A stretch of DNA of 64,000 nucleotides, from positions 38,440,001 through 38,504,000 of the forward strand of contig OX597824.1 in NCBI GenBank assembly GCA_951406725.2. The letters run 5' to 3'. Shown here piece by piece: positions 1 to 16,284 of the stretch. The DNA is from Octopus vulgaris. Lineage: Eukaryota. A model generated the notes under the pieces. That model saw nothing but the letters and a program-made list of their open reading frames with translations, had not been told where the DNA came from and searched no databases. Both the position numbers and the translations under genes were made by a program. Position 1 is the stretch's first letter. Each line of letters starts with the position of its first letter.

Positions 1-399
1 TCTATGCATTAATACAGGGCATTAGCTACAAACAAACAGGAATATGCGCACATACACATATACATACACACATATGTGCACGCACACTCACGCACACAAT
101 TTTACGGGTAGTGGATAAATATACGAAATACATACAACATGTTAGCTACATATTTTGAGTGAAGGGTGGCTTCGTATGTATATTCGGGGTGGATGGTAGG
201 GTAGTAGTTACTATACGTTCTGTTGGATGCCAGATACATGCTAAGGACGTAAACGGTGCATAAGTTTGTATTAAGGTTGATGGAAGCTAAATGTTTTCGT
301 TAGCTGCTGGTAGGTATGTGTTTGGGATTGGGTAAAGCTGGTTGCTAGGTAAATAGGTAACCAGGGAGGAAGGAGGTGTATGTTGTCCCTTCCTCACAC

Positions 400-518
400 A
401 TAAACACAAGCTCCTCTTCCTCTTCCTCATCGTCTTCCTCTCCTCCTCCTCCTTCTCACCATTATCATCATCACTACCACCACCACCACTACCACCACCA
501 CCACCACCACCACCACCA

Positions 519-573
<55 letters not shown>

Positions 574-810
574 TCTCCTCCTACCCGTTCATTATCATTA
601 TCTTTATCATCATCAACATCATCGTTGTCATCATCATCGTCGTCGTTGTCGTCATCATCATTGCCGTCGTCACCATCGTCGACATTGTCGTCATCGTCGG
701 TGCCATTGTCGTTCTTGTTGTTTGCGTTGTTGTCATCATCATCATCATCATATCATCATCACCACCACCATCATCATCATTAACGTCACCATTATCCTGT
801 CACCACCACG
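400..810. repeat. Compound trinucleotide microsatellite (TCC/CAC/CAT/CGT)n
   Basis: Directly visible runs; they explain the poly-His/Ser ORF 376..783. Confidence 0.95.
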
Positions 811-929
811 TATTCGTTCAGTCCTCCCCCCCCACCTGCATATGCTTCGTTGATTTGTGAGTTTATATCAAACTGCTGATATCACACCAATTTGTTGTGT
901 GAAACTTGAATACTGTACTCAGCAATGGA

Positions 930-1085
930 GAAAAAATGGAAACCTTTGGCACGCGGATCTTTCGCAGACTGAACAGGACAAAATGGAAAGACACGGTAAC
1001 AAATGATGCAGTATTAGAAAAGCCGAAAGATCAAAGGTACCTAATCTCCAGAAACAAGTCTACAAAACTTTCATATTTTGATCAT
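930..1085 (+). mobile_element. Short 3' fragment of an RTE-clade LINE
   Basis: Translation METFGTRIFRRLNRTKWKDTVTNDAVLEK...KLSYFDH resembles the RTE ORF C-terminus (E.F..W..RR.L.I.W.D.VTN.EVL...KL.YFGH). Confidence 0.6.
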
Positions 1086-1377
1086 AATGCCCAAGACCAT
1101 CACGACGGCTAGTTACCGCAGAACTACACAACTTTCATCCTCTCTGCTTGTCAACACAAACGGGTAACCTCTTTTATTCTTTCCCTTCCATCCGCTCTCC
1201 TAGCAGTCGACAAAAGATGAGCATAACTACCTACGAAATAAACAATAGAACTTATATTTGTACAATAACATCTCTAAGAAGTTGTATCTTGCATTGTAAG
1301 AAGACAATAAAGGCCATATCAACTAATAATTTTCTCCTCTCATATTTTGTGAATGTATTCGTTACATACATATATAC

Positions 1378-1410
<33 letters not shown>

Positions 1411-1488
1411 TGTATGTATGTATGTATGTATGTATGTATGTATGTATATGTGTGAGTGTGAGTGTGTGTGAGTGTGTGCGTGTGTGTG

Positions 1489-1930
<442 letters not shown>

Positions 1931-2134
1931 AAGGAAAATATATATTCTACAGAAAATAAAGAGTACCAGCAGGGTCGGTTCTCTTTGGAGGCACTTACTA
2001 ATCACTTTTTTCTGTCTTCTAAAAGGTATTCACCAGATTCTCTAAGCTGTTTTCACAGCCCTCCTGCGATTGAGAATTCTTTTATTTTCTGTAGAATACC
2101 GACACACTCGATGATTATAAGTTTGATTACGACA

Positions 2135-2204
<70 letters not shown>

Positions 2205-2242
2205 TACACACGCACATCTATATATGTATACTTGGAGAGAGA

Positions 2243-2458
2243 GATTGCATGACCAAGGAATCAAGGTGTTGCAATCACAATGGCGAGATCGTGGTTTCAA
2301 TTCCTAGACCGGATTGCGTGTTGTGTTCCTCAGCAAAACACTTCATTTCACGTTACTCTGCGATCACTTCAGCACCCGACGCGTGGCACACCGTGCACTT
2401 GTTCAGGCAATGTCAGTTTGACGGAGGGAGTAAGTTAATGTATGGCACATACATCTGA

Positions 2459-2460
<2 letters not shown>
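2243..2460 (+). mobile_element. SINE family D copy (tRNA-like head, decayed)
   Basis: Homologous to 36945-37190. Box-B-like GGTTTCAATTCC is followed by TTGTGTTCCTCAGCAAAACACTTCATTTCACG. Confidence 0.7.
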
Positions 2461-2535
<75 letters not shown>

Positions 2536-2539
<4 letters not shown>

Positions 2540-2690
2540 GTAGGAGTGGCTGTGAGATAAGTAGCTTGCTTACCAACCACATGGTTCCGGGTTCAGTCCC
2601 ACTGCGTGGTACCTTGGGCGAGTGGCCGACCAAACCCTTGTGAGTGGATTTGGTAGACGGAAACATAAGAAGCCAGTCGTATATATGTAT

Positions 2691-2741
<51 letters not shown>

Positions 2742-2958
2742 TGAGCTTATGTATATGTTTGTATGTCTGTGTTTGTCCCCCCAACACCACTTGACAACCT
2801 ATGTTGGTGTGTTTACGTCCCCGTAACTTAGTGTTTCGGCAAAAGATTCCGATAGAATAAGTACTATTCTTACAAAGAATAAGTCTTGGGGTCGATTTGC
2901 TCGACTAAAAGCGGTGCTCCAGCATGGCCACAGTCAAATGACTGAAACAAGTAAAAGA

Positions 2959-2960
<2 letters not shown>
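2536..2960 (+). mobile_element. SINE family A copy
   Basis: Same head, internal (TA)n and 3' tail as 1489-1930. Confidence 0.85.
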
Positions 2961-3016
<56 letters not shown>

Positions 3017-3089
3017 ATATATATATGTGTGTTACGATGTTTACTTGCATAGCAAGTGACTTGATCTGAGATCGTATGCAGAAACGAAA

Positions 3090-3296
3090 ACAATTGCAGC
3101 GTGGAAGGTGTTCATATGCCACTTTGAAACGACCTGCTTACTGACAAAATTCCCACGAGCAATTTTTGTCAGTAAATAGGTTGCGGTTTCAAAGCGACGA
3201 AAATATTTTGACAAATTAAATTTAAATGTTGAAGTGAATCTAAATGTTTTTGTGTGTTTTTAAATGGCTTATAAACACCTTCCACGCTGCAATTGT
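3090..3296. repeat. Fold-back (inverted) repeat; the left arm is an internally deleted copy of the right arm
   Basis: ACAATTGCAGCGTGGAAGGTGTT (3090-3112) pairs with AACACCTTCCACGCTGCAATTGT (3274-3296). An inner pair is 3122-3150 versus 3163-3194. Confidence 0.85.
3165..3215 (+). ncRNA. Degenerate minimal type I hammerhead-like motif (G3 core variant)
   Basis: UUUGUCA-GUAAAUA-G-GUUGC-loop-GCGAC-GAAA-AUAU-UU-UGACAAA: 7-bp helix I, 5-bp helix II, palindromic AAUAUU helix III. The core is mutated (A at position 5). Confidence 0.5.
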
Positions 3297-3297
3297 A

Positions 3298-3348
<51 letters not shown>

Positions 3349-3827
3349 GTGTGTGTATGTGTGTGTGTGTGCGCAGTTTTTGCATGTATGTATGAATGTT
3401 ATGCATGCATGCATGCATGTATATGTGTATGCATGTATCCTGTCTTTTTGAGTGAGATATTGTTAGCACATTAGCATACCAATTTACGAACATCAAAAGC
3501 AGATTAATTAATGAGTTGCCACTATACCTATAACCCTGCTAACCGTGACCATTAGGGTTGTGTACGCAGTGCCAGTTTTAGCAGTTTTCAGGACTCTACA
3601 TTGCATTCAAATAGCTTCCGGATCTCCTTTGTATCACATCCTAGTAATATAAATACGGTGTGGGCACGGCTGGAATAATTTTGATCTTAGATGTCTCGGA
3701 ACAGGGATAATTTGGCGCTAAAGAGCAACAAAAATAGAAACTACTAAAAGAAAAAAAAAGCGATTTTTTATAAGAAAAATAATACCCAAAGATCTGCTGA
3801 TGAAATTTTAAAAATATATATTCCAGT

Positions 3828-4209
3828 GGAAGCACTCCGTCGGTTACGACGACGAGGGTTCCGGTTGATCCGAATCAACGGAACAGCCTGCTCGTGAAAT
3901 TAACGTGTAAGTGGCTGAGCACTCCACAGACACGTGCACCCTTAACGTAGTTCTCGGGGATATTCAGCGTGACACAGAGAGTGACAAGGCCGGCCCTTTG
4001 AAATACAGGTACAACAGAAACAGGAAGTAAGAGTGAGAGAAAGTTGTGGTGAAAGAGTACAGCAGGGATCACCACCATCCCCTGCCGGAGCCTCGCGGAG
4101 CTTTAGGTGTTTTCGCTCAATAAACACTCACAACGCCCGGTCTGGGAATCGAAACCGCGATCCTATGACCGCGAGTCCGCTGCCCTAACCACTGGGCCAT
4201 TGCGCCTCC
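3828..4209 (-). mobile_element. SINE family C, tRNA-derived, full length with TSD
   Basis: The minus-strand head has box A TGGCCCAGTGG and box B GGTTTCGATTCC. A 10-bp TSD ATATTCCAGT lies at 3818-3827 and 4210-4219. A second copy is at 23712-24099. Confidence 0.9.
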
Positions 4210-4491
4210 ATATTCCAGTAATTAGTTTGTCAAATGAAAATAATTCGTTGGGTTTTGCTTCTCTTAGACAATCCCTATCATTCCAAACCATTTAATATCG
4301 AAACCAGTCGAATAAATCTTGCTTCGATTTGTCACAGGATTTCATTCAAATCTGATTTACGCTTTATCTCCTATCGTCGACCCTGCCTTCCTCTCTCCCC
4401 TTTTTTTTTCTTCCTTCAGTTTTTTCAATCTCGTTTCTTTCTTACTCCTTGAATTCATTTATTTCAAGTATTCCATCGAGTGTAATCCTTG

Positions 4492-4568
<77 letters not shown>

Positions 4569-4619
4569 GTCTACACACACACACACACACATACACACAC
4601 AAACACACACACACGCACG

Positions 4620-4688
<69 letters not shown>
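4492..4688. repeat. (TCTA)n + (CA)n microsatellite
   Basis: Directly visible. Confidence 0.95.
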
Positions 4689-5263
4689 CTAAGCCTGGTT
4701 TCACTTGGTCAGTTTGGATGATGTGGCTGTAAAACCTGCTCTGTGTAAGCATTCGACTTGTTTGGGCATGCTTACGTTAAAAAAAAAACAATTTTAAAAT
4801 TACTTTTTTCTGTCAAAACGCTAAAAATAACTGACCAACAAAAAAAAAACAACAACCAAGATTCAACCAAATCAAAAAATAAACCCAAATACTAATTGAA
4901 CAAAGATGAACCATCCCACTTCCATTGCGCGCACACACGCACACACAAACACACACACACGCATTCACATACCCCCCTTTTACATACACACACATATTCA
5001 CACAGAGTTGAAACGCTGTTTGATTTATTTTTCAGCGTACACTACCAAGTATGACATCACCCCCTTCCTTTCTTATTCATCTATCACCCCTTCCTTTCTC
5101 ATTCATAAACACAAGAGTATTATTATAGTAGATTATCTCGGTAACCATGAGAGGTATAAAAAAAAATACAAAGCCCAGAATCACCATTTGTGTAATTTTT
5201 CGCGCAATACCACCCAGGCGTTTGACCGTGAATTCCAAGACAAGAAAGAATCGCCCATGTCAA

Positions 5264-5354
<91 letters not shown>

Positions 5355-5506
5355 TAATTATTATGTTTATTTAATTTAGTGATTTTTAGAATAATATTTA
5401 TTATAATATATTTACAATCTTTCTATATGATTTATAATGGATAATATCTTTCACTATTAATTGAATTACTTAATAGAGGTTTCATCACTTAATTCTCTCT
5501 CTCTCT

Positions 5507-5630
5507 CGACTGAGGATGGAGAGCTTCGAATGACCCGTCCTTGCTTTTTTGTATCGTCTATCTGGATGTTTTGTTGTCCCTTTTTGTATCACCTGGTTGT
5601 CCGGATGTTTTGCGTTCTTGTCCCATTTTG

Positions 5631-5635
<5 letters not shown>
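5507..5635. repeat. Dispersed repeat also present at 39424-39512
   Basis: GACTGAGGATGGAGAGCTTCGAATGACCCGTCC...GTTCTTGTCCC matches GACTGAAGATTGAAGGCTTCGAATGTCCCGTCC...GTTCTTGTCCC. Confidence 0.7.
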
Positions 5636-5662
<27 letters not shown>

Positions 5663-5663
<1 letters not shown>

Positions 5664-5892
5664 ACCGGAGTAAACACATAAATGTGAAACAAGGTGGAAA
5701 AAAGAGTACTCAAATACCAGTGGTAGAGTAATATGCTTTATTTAAAGCAGCAGAAAATTCAACAAAATCTGTTACTCTGAGTTTCTCGTTGCCGTTCATC
5801 AGACAGTTTTTGCTAGAAAAACTGTTTGATGAACGGCAACGAGAAACTCAGAGTAACAGATTTTGTTGAATTTTCTGCTGCTTTAAATAAAG
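5663..5892 (-). mobile_element. Penelope-pLTR-like element with a 76-bp fold-back
   Basis: Arms 5736-5811 and 5817-5892 differ at one base and enclose a 5-nt spacer. The minus strand reads hammerhead motif, then AATAAA, then a tail. A homologue is at 39162-39381. Confidence 0.7.
5769..5806 (-). ncRNA. Minimal type I hammerhead ribozyme candidate
   Basis: CUGU-CUGAUGA-ACG-GCAA-CGA-GAAA-CUCAGAG-UA^ACAG: intact CUGANGA, GAAA and GUA core, helix I CUGU/ACAG, GNRA-capped helix II with a closing A.A mismatch. Confidence 0.65.
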
Positions 5893-5902
5893 TATATATA
5901 TA

Positions 5903-5999
<97 letters not shown>

Positions 6000-6398
6000 C
6001 GATGCTTGTGTGATACAAATGTGGTAAATAATGATAGCTAGTATACCCGTACATTAATATACTTAGTTGTACCAAATTCAACAACAAAAGTGGTAAGTCA
6101 CTTTGGTGCAAGGTTTATCAGAGCCGCACGCAATATCTTTTAAGTAAGAAATTCCTATTTCCGTAAACGCTTATATCCACCATTATTCAGTTTCTGCTCT
6201 CCCATTTATATCATGTTACACGTTCAAATCACCTACGCCCCTACTGTATATCACACACTCTACTGATATACAGTTGCTATTTGTTTTGATATATTCACTC
6301 GGTTTTCCCTTCGTGGTTTTGTTATATCCATGTCTTTCACAGCACGCCTAACACTCGGTTACCGATAGCCTAGTTCAGTGGATCATACATTCAGTGGA

Positions 6399-6478
<80 letters not shown>

Positions 6479-6968
6479 ACACGCACACGCACACACACAC
6501 ACATATGTGTATGTATGTATATATGTATATATGGATATTATGCACGAGTATTATGCGCGTATGTACGTTGTAGTGCTAGTATGATCGAAGGCACACAATA
6601 ATTTTATGTCCCTTAAACCGAAAGAATAAGGAAGCAGAACGGGGAGAGAGAGAGAGAGACGGGGGGGAGAGGGAAAAAGAGAGAGTAGGTGATTAAGGGA
6701 GTGAGTATAGAGTGATAAAGTATACCGACTTATAAACATATGTTATGAAGGAGAGTAAAACTATAAATACATATACAAATAGATTAGTATACAGACAGAC
6801 AGACAGACAGACAGATATACAGACAAACATACAGACAGACTGACAGACAGTGAGACAGATAAACAGACAGATATATAGATAGATGTAGGTACAAACATAT
6901 TAAATACATATAGTAACGTATATACTTTGTGTATTTAATAGTATTTATTACACTAGAGTGGCTTTTAC

Positions 6969-7011
<43 letters not shown>

Positions 7012-7029
7012 GCACACATATATGTATAC

Positions 7030-7347
7030 AGGCGTAAGAGTGGCCATATAGGCGCAGGAGTGGCTATATAGAAGCAGGGGTGGTTGTACGGTAGTGAAGC
7101 CTGCTTGCCAACCACATAGTTTCGAGTTCAGTCCCACTTCGTGGCACCTTCGGCATGAGTGAATTTGGTAGACGGGAACTGAAAGTAGCCCGTCGTATAT
7201 ATATATAATTAAAAAATAGAGTCAACAAGAATCGCCTGACAATCGATGTTGGTGTGTTTACGTCCCCGTAACTTAGTGGTTCGGCAAAAGATTCAGATAG
7301 AATAAGTACTAGGCTTACAAAGAATAAGTCTTGGGGTTGACTTGTTC
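7030..7347 (+). mobile_element. SINE family A copy, internally deleted, with a triplicated ~21-bp head segment
   Basis: An AGGCGCAGGAGTGGCT-like motif occurs three times, followed by the family A body. Confidence 0.75.
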
Positions 7348-7749
7348 ATGAGGAACCGTTAACTTGACTAGATTTACCACTTTCTTTCACACTTTATAAT
7401 TATATCCTTGGCACCCTGGTAAATCTGCAGCCACCTCCCAATAGCCGTTCCACTTTTCATTGCCCACAGGAAGTTTCTTCTTGAAATGGGTCCGTTGTCC
7501 TGAGCGCACGAAGCTAATGAAATCTCTGACTGGTTCTTTTAATGTTTTTTTTTTGTCACTATTAATGAGAGTAATTTGGTTCGTTATAACATTGAAGATT
7601 ACCGAATGGACCGTGTGGGAGACGTTATACAATGAACGTATCAGGTTTTAAAATTGCATGTATTTGTGAGGTTAATAGATAGCGAAAAATGTATGATAAT
7701 ATATAATGATTAAAGAAAGACATAAGAGAAAATAAAGAATGAAGAGTTA

Positions 7750-7935
7750 CTTGTTTTATATTTCTTCCCTAATTTTTCTCGGCCGGTCTTTTTCCCATTT
7801 TTCCAGTTTCCTCTTAACCATTGCTCAATTTTACCCAGATCTTGCTTTGCCCGCATTATGTCCCTGTCAATGCGTTGTTTCCACCGTGGTTCTTTTGCTC
7901 CAACATCTTTTGTTCTCTTATTTGTAATTTCTCCT
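7750..7935 (-). mobile_element. Probable R4/Dong LINE N-terminal ORF fragment
   Basis: EPRWKQRIDRDIMRAKQDLGKI resembles the P.WK.R....I...R.DL motif upstream of the RT domain in R4/Dong elements (recalled). Confidence 0.45.
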
Positions 7936-7954
7936 AACACATACAGACACACAT

Positions 7955-8190
7955 ACAAAAGAATACAAGAAAAGACACGTCAACCTATGGAGAGTAAACC
8001 ACTGGGAGTTATGTAGAAAACTAGGATTTGAACATATTGATAAATGATATGAAAACCCAGTCTAGTATAGTTCGAGAAAACAGTGTTATTAGGGACAGCT
8101 AGGATATTTAGGAGGGTTCTTGACATCCAAGGTTACTTGTAGTAGCCCGATGTTAGGAATTATTTTCTAACAGTCAAATCTGTTGTGTGT
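7955..8190 (+). mobile_element. R4/Dong LINE 3' end (deleted) followed by (TAA)n
   Basis: KEYKKRH..HWELCRKLG and KTVLLGTARIFRRVLDI parallel KEYIHRHD..HWKLCQHYG and KIALLGTAHILRRTL in the 13884-14570 ORF. Confidence 0.65.
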
Positions 8191-8201
8191 ATAATAATAA
8201 C

Positions 8202-8265
<64 letters not shown>

Positions 8266-8270
8266 GTAAC

Positions 8271-8302
<32 letters not shown>

Positions 8303-8307
8303 TGATG

Positions 8308-8382
<75 letters not shown>

Positions 8383-8409
8383 GTAATGATAATAATAACA
8401 ATAACACTA

Positions 8410-9795
<1,386 letters not shown>

Positions 9796-10604
9796 ATTAA
9801 CGAATAGTGGGAATTCTGGACAGGAACTGGTAAACAACTGACGGAATGCCAAAGATTCGCGAAATATTTCAGTAGTATATACCTTTAGAGATGTGTGTCA
9901 CCCACCGCCTCCATCACCTCCTCCACCAATCCCACCATCACCACAGTAGTAGTAGTAGTAGTAGTGCAAGTAAGTAACACATGTGTGAGTATATGAAACA
10001 TACGGTGAGGCGAGGTTGGCGGATGGGAGGTCTGGGAATATAACATTATCAGTAAGTTTCTTGATTGAAATGTAAGATAATGTCAGTGAAATAAAGATAA
10101 AACTAACACAAGAGAGAAAATAAGTAAAATGAATAAATAAATAAGTAAACTATACATAGTAACAACAACGACAATAACAATAACAACAACAGCAACAATA
10201 GTTGAAGTAATAATAATAATAGTAAAAATAAAAACAACTACAACAATAACAGCATCCAGTAAGAATTGTATGGAAGTTGACGAGAAAATATGCATTAATC
10301 ACGTCTGGCATTTTATCTTTGAGTTAGTAGAAGCAGTGTGAGGTCGCGTATAGGTCCGATTAATTAAGGATTTTCTTTCAAAAGGCATGCCAGGCGGATA
10401 AGATATTGGGCTACCTGCTGTTGATGATGCATCGGTTAAAAATTCGCTGCCAGCGCTTCGGTGTGTGTGCGTGCGTGCGTGCGTGCGTACATGCATGTGT
10501 TGGTGGGGTTGATTTTTGTTTGTTTGTTTGTTTGCTTTTTTCCATTTTGTTTATTTTGAAGAACGAAAACAACTATATCACTACCTTATTTATTTCACCT
10601 GTTT

Positions 10605-11995
10605 GTCAGGAATAGGTTCCAGATCAACTAAGAATGTTACCTGTGATAATTCGGTTTGTGTCTTCACAAGATCACATAAGAATGTTACCTGCGATAGCTA
10701 GGCTGGTCTTAACCAGATCTATGCATTTTACTACCTCTGACAGCTGGGCTGGTTCTTAAGTAAGTCGTTTTCAGAGAAAACAAACTTTGATAGCTAGGAT
10801 GATGTCTTGACTAAATCACCTGGGAATCTTACCTGTGATAACCAGACTGGTGTCTTCACTAGATCCTCATATAGGAATGTTAGGCCAGTATCTTAACTAG
10901 ATCACCTTGGAATGTTACTTGTGATAGCTAGGCTGGAGTCTTAATCAGATCTACGTACCGTAAATCTTCGAGTATAGTCCGCCCTTGAGTATAATACGCA
11001 GGGGATTTTTTGGGGGCTGTACTTCTGAAAAACCTAAACCTTGTGTATAATACGCACCTCTTCTCTAACTTGAGTCGTGCGTAATTAAGCCAGCAGCACC
11101 TAGTCGAACAAACACTTCCGCGCATACGTAATGCAATAATGGTGGTGTTCTTAACTGTTATATGGGTATGTAAATGTTTGCAAATTGTGTTTGTTATATG
11201 TTATTCTGTGTTCTGAATACTTTTATTTTAATAAATGTTGCTTACTGCATTTTATGGATGATCCCTTTATCACTTCATTGCTTTCAGGTTTTGCTTAAGA
11301 TATTTTCGTGCCCAGCATCACAAAATGCGTCTGAATAAGCATTGCAGGACAGCAAATAGAGACTCGGACATTGCTTAGAAAATATTTTTCATTTTTCACC
11401 TCGTATATAGTACGCACTAGGGATTTTGACATTTAAATTTTGGGGAAAAAATGCGCATTATACTCGAGGATTTACGGTATGTTACGACATGTGGTAGCTA
11501 GGCTGGTTTTTAACTAAGTCATCAGAGAATACAAACTTTGATAGCTGGGGTGATGCCTTAACTAAATCACCTGGGAATTTTACGCGTGATACCAGGCTGG
11601 TGTCTTCACTAGATCGTCATACGAGAACGTTACCTGTCGTAGCTCGGTTGGTGTCTTAACCAAATGATGTGGGAAATTTGCCTGTGGTAAGTAGACTGGT
11701 GTCCTAACGAGATCACCTGGGAATTTTACCTATGACAGCCAGGCTGGTGTCTTCACTAGATCCTCATATGGGAATGTTACCTGTTGTAGCTATGCTGGTG
11801 TCTTAATGAAATCACGTGGGAATGTTGCCAGTGGTAACTAGACTGGTGTTTTAACGAAATTTCCTGGGAATGTTACCTGCTGTAATTAGGCTGGTGTCTT
11901 GACGAAATCCCTAGGGAATGTTACTGTGGCAACTAGGCTGGTGTCTTCTCAAGGTCTGCAAAGGTTACATGTAGTAACTAAGCTAGTGTTTTAGC
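10605..11995. repeat. ~48-bp minisatellite (consensus about GATCACCTGGGAATGTTACCTGTGATAGCTAGGCTGGTGTCTTAACTA) interrupted by a MITE
   Basis: Repeated GGAATGTTACCTGT and GGCTGGTGTCTT motifs lie on both sides of 10958-11477. Confidence 0.85.
10958..11477 (+). mobile_element. Tc1/mariner-pogo-type MITE
   Basis: TIRs CCGTAAATCTTCGAGTATA / TATACTCGAGGATTTACGG with TA on both flanks. An inverted second copy is at 18364-18867. Confidence 0.85.
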
Positions 11996-12189
11996 TCAAT
12001 CATGTTTTAACGCTCCGATCACCACTTTTACATTACCCTCTCGCATTCCATACAGTCATGCCATTTCTACTTTCAATTCGAAGTGCTTGATTTTTTCAAT
12101 TTCTTTACTCACAACATTCATGTCATTTGGTACGGCTGCATCAAAGTTCTATTCCCGCCCCACCAAAAATACTGTCAGATTATTATTAC

Positions 12190-12235
<46 letters not shown>

Positions 12236-12347
12236 GAGAGAGCAATGCATGCCATCAAAGTGACACATGGGTACAAATATACGAAGCCCAACATACCCAT
12301 CATGACTACCGTCTTATAAGGGTACCGTCTTATAAGGGTACATCAGG

Positions 12348-14890
<2,543 letters not shown>

Positions 14891-14894
14891 GAGG

Positions 14895-15110
14895 ATGATG
14901 GATTGACAGAATCTTTGGAGTGTCGGGAAAATACATTATGCTGCTTTTTCCGGCTTCTTATATTCTGAGTTCAAATACCACCGAAATCAGCTTTGCCTTT
15001 CATCGTTTCGTGTCGATGAAATAAATACTAGTTGAGCAACTGGGTCAATGTAATCAACTTGGCCCTCCCACAAAATGTCAGAGCTTGTGCCCATAGAAGA
15101 AAAGGTTATT
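14895..15110 (+). mobile_element. SINE family B copy, decayed
   Basis: TTCTGAGTTCAAAT...CTTTGCCTTTCATC...CTGGGTCAATGTAATC. Confidence 0.7.
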
Positions 15111-16051
15111 ATTAAGAAATCATCACCGTCGTCGTCGTCGTCGTCGTCATCATCATCATCATCATTCGTTGCCGATCTTTCAAAACGCTTACCTGTTGAT
15201 AGGTAAGAGAATTTGAACATTTTATACTATTACCTAAGTGAATGACATTCATTTTTCATTTGGATAATGCAGAATGAAATATCTTGAACAAGTTTTGGAG
15301 TTTATTTTCACCAAAATTAAGGAGGATATTGGATTGTTTTGTTTTAAGTACTTTTGAATTCTCTTTGTAAATAATAGCCTCTATGATACATCAAAACGAT
15401 ATAATTCCAGCATAAAGAAATCAAAACTACTGAAGAATAAGATACTTGCAACAATAGAAATTGAATATATGTTTTTTTTTTATGTGACACACACTAGAGA
15501 AAATTATTGACGTAATGAAATATAAACTACTGACTTTATGAGTAATAAAGACAGCATACACGTAGACGTTTCACTTAGTGAAGATATTGTCAAGTGAGGG
15601 ATTTCTTATTTGGCCCTAGTAACAAATGAGAATTGAATAGAAAACTTCCGTAAAATAAGTTCACTGCGGCAAACTCGCATAACCAAGGAAAATGCTATTC
15701 TTCCTAATCATCTTATTAAGAATTGGAAAAGAAAACTTTCCTATATTTGACTTGACAGGGATATAGAGGCGTCATTTGAACCAACAAAACTGCAATTAGA
15801 TGTAGCGCTGGTCCACCTCACGTTTGGAGGAGCTCTATATCTCAGTTGAGGTAAATCATATGAATTTCCCTATGTAGTGTTTAACGATGAGGACAAAACT
15901 AGAAGAAAGACCGAAAGGCAGTGATATACAACTTCCCATGCTCTTGTGCCACAGTACATGAAGTGAAATACGAAAATCAGAGTTAGAGTCAATGATGTTG
16001 GTCCTGTTTTCCTTAACACAGTTCACACAGTATCAGAAGGTAGTGTGGAGT

Positions 16052-16284
16052 AAGGCGGCGAGCTGGCAGAAACATTAGCACGCCGGGCGAAATGCTTAGC
16101 GGTAGTTCGTCTGCCGTTACGTTCTGAGTTCAAATTCCACCGAGGTCGACTTTGCCTTTTATCCTTTCGGGATCGATTAAATAAGTACCAGTTACGCACT
16201 GGAGTCGATATAATCGACTTAATCCGTTTGTCTGTCCTTGTTTGTCTCCTTTGTGTTTAGCCTCTTGTGGGTAGTAAAGAAATA
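16052..16284 (+). mobile_element. SINE family B (B2 tail) with 15-bp TSD
   Basis: AGAAGGTAGTGTGGA at 16035-16049 and 16285-16299. Confidence 0.9.

Noticed and set aside
3797-3830. CTGATGA hammerhead core
   Set aside because: There is no helix II/GAAA or helix I pairing.
4130-4209. tRNA gene
   Set aside because: It has A and B boxes but is the head of a TSD-flanked, multi-copy SINE; I could not close a proper acceptor stem.
5995-6402. Possible solo LTR (TGTAAC...CA)
   Set aside because: The termini merge into (TG)n and (CA)n, and there is no TSD or second copy in the window.
10605-11995. CRISPR-like array
   Set aside because: The units are contiguous degenerate repeats without unique spacers, the context is eukaryotic, and no cas genes are present.
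15860-15960. Possible Penelope GIY-YIG N-terminal remnant (FPYV...KG.VIYNFPCSC)
   Set aside because: It is too short and frameshifted to support without BLASTX.
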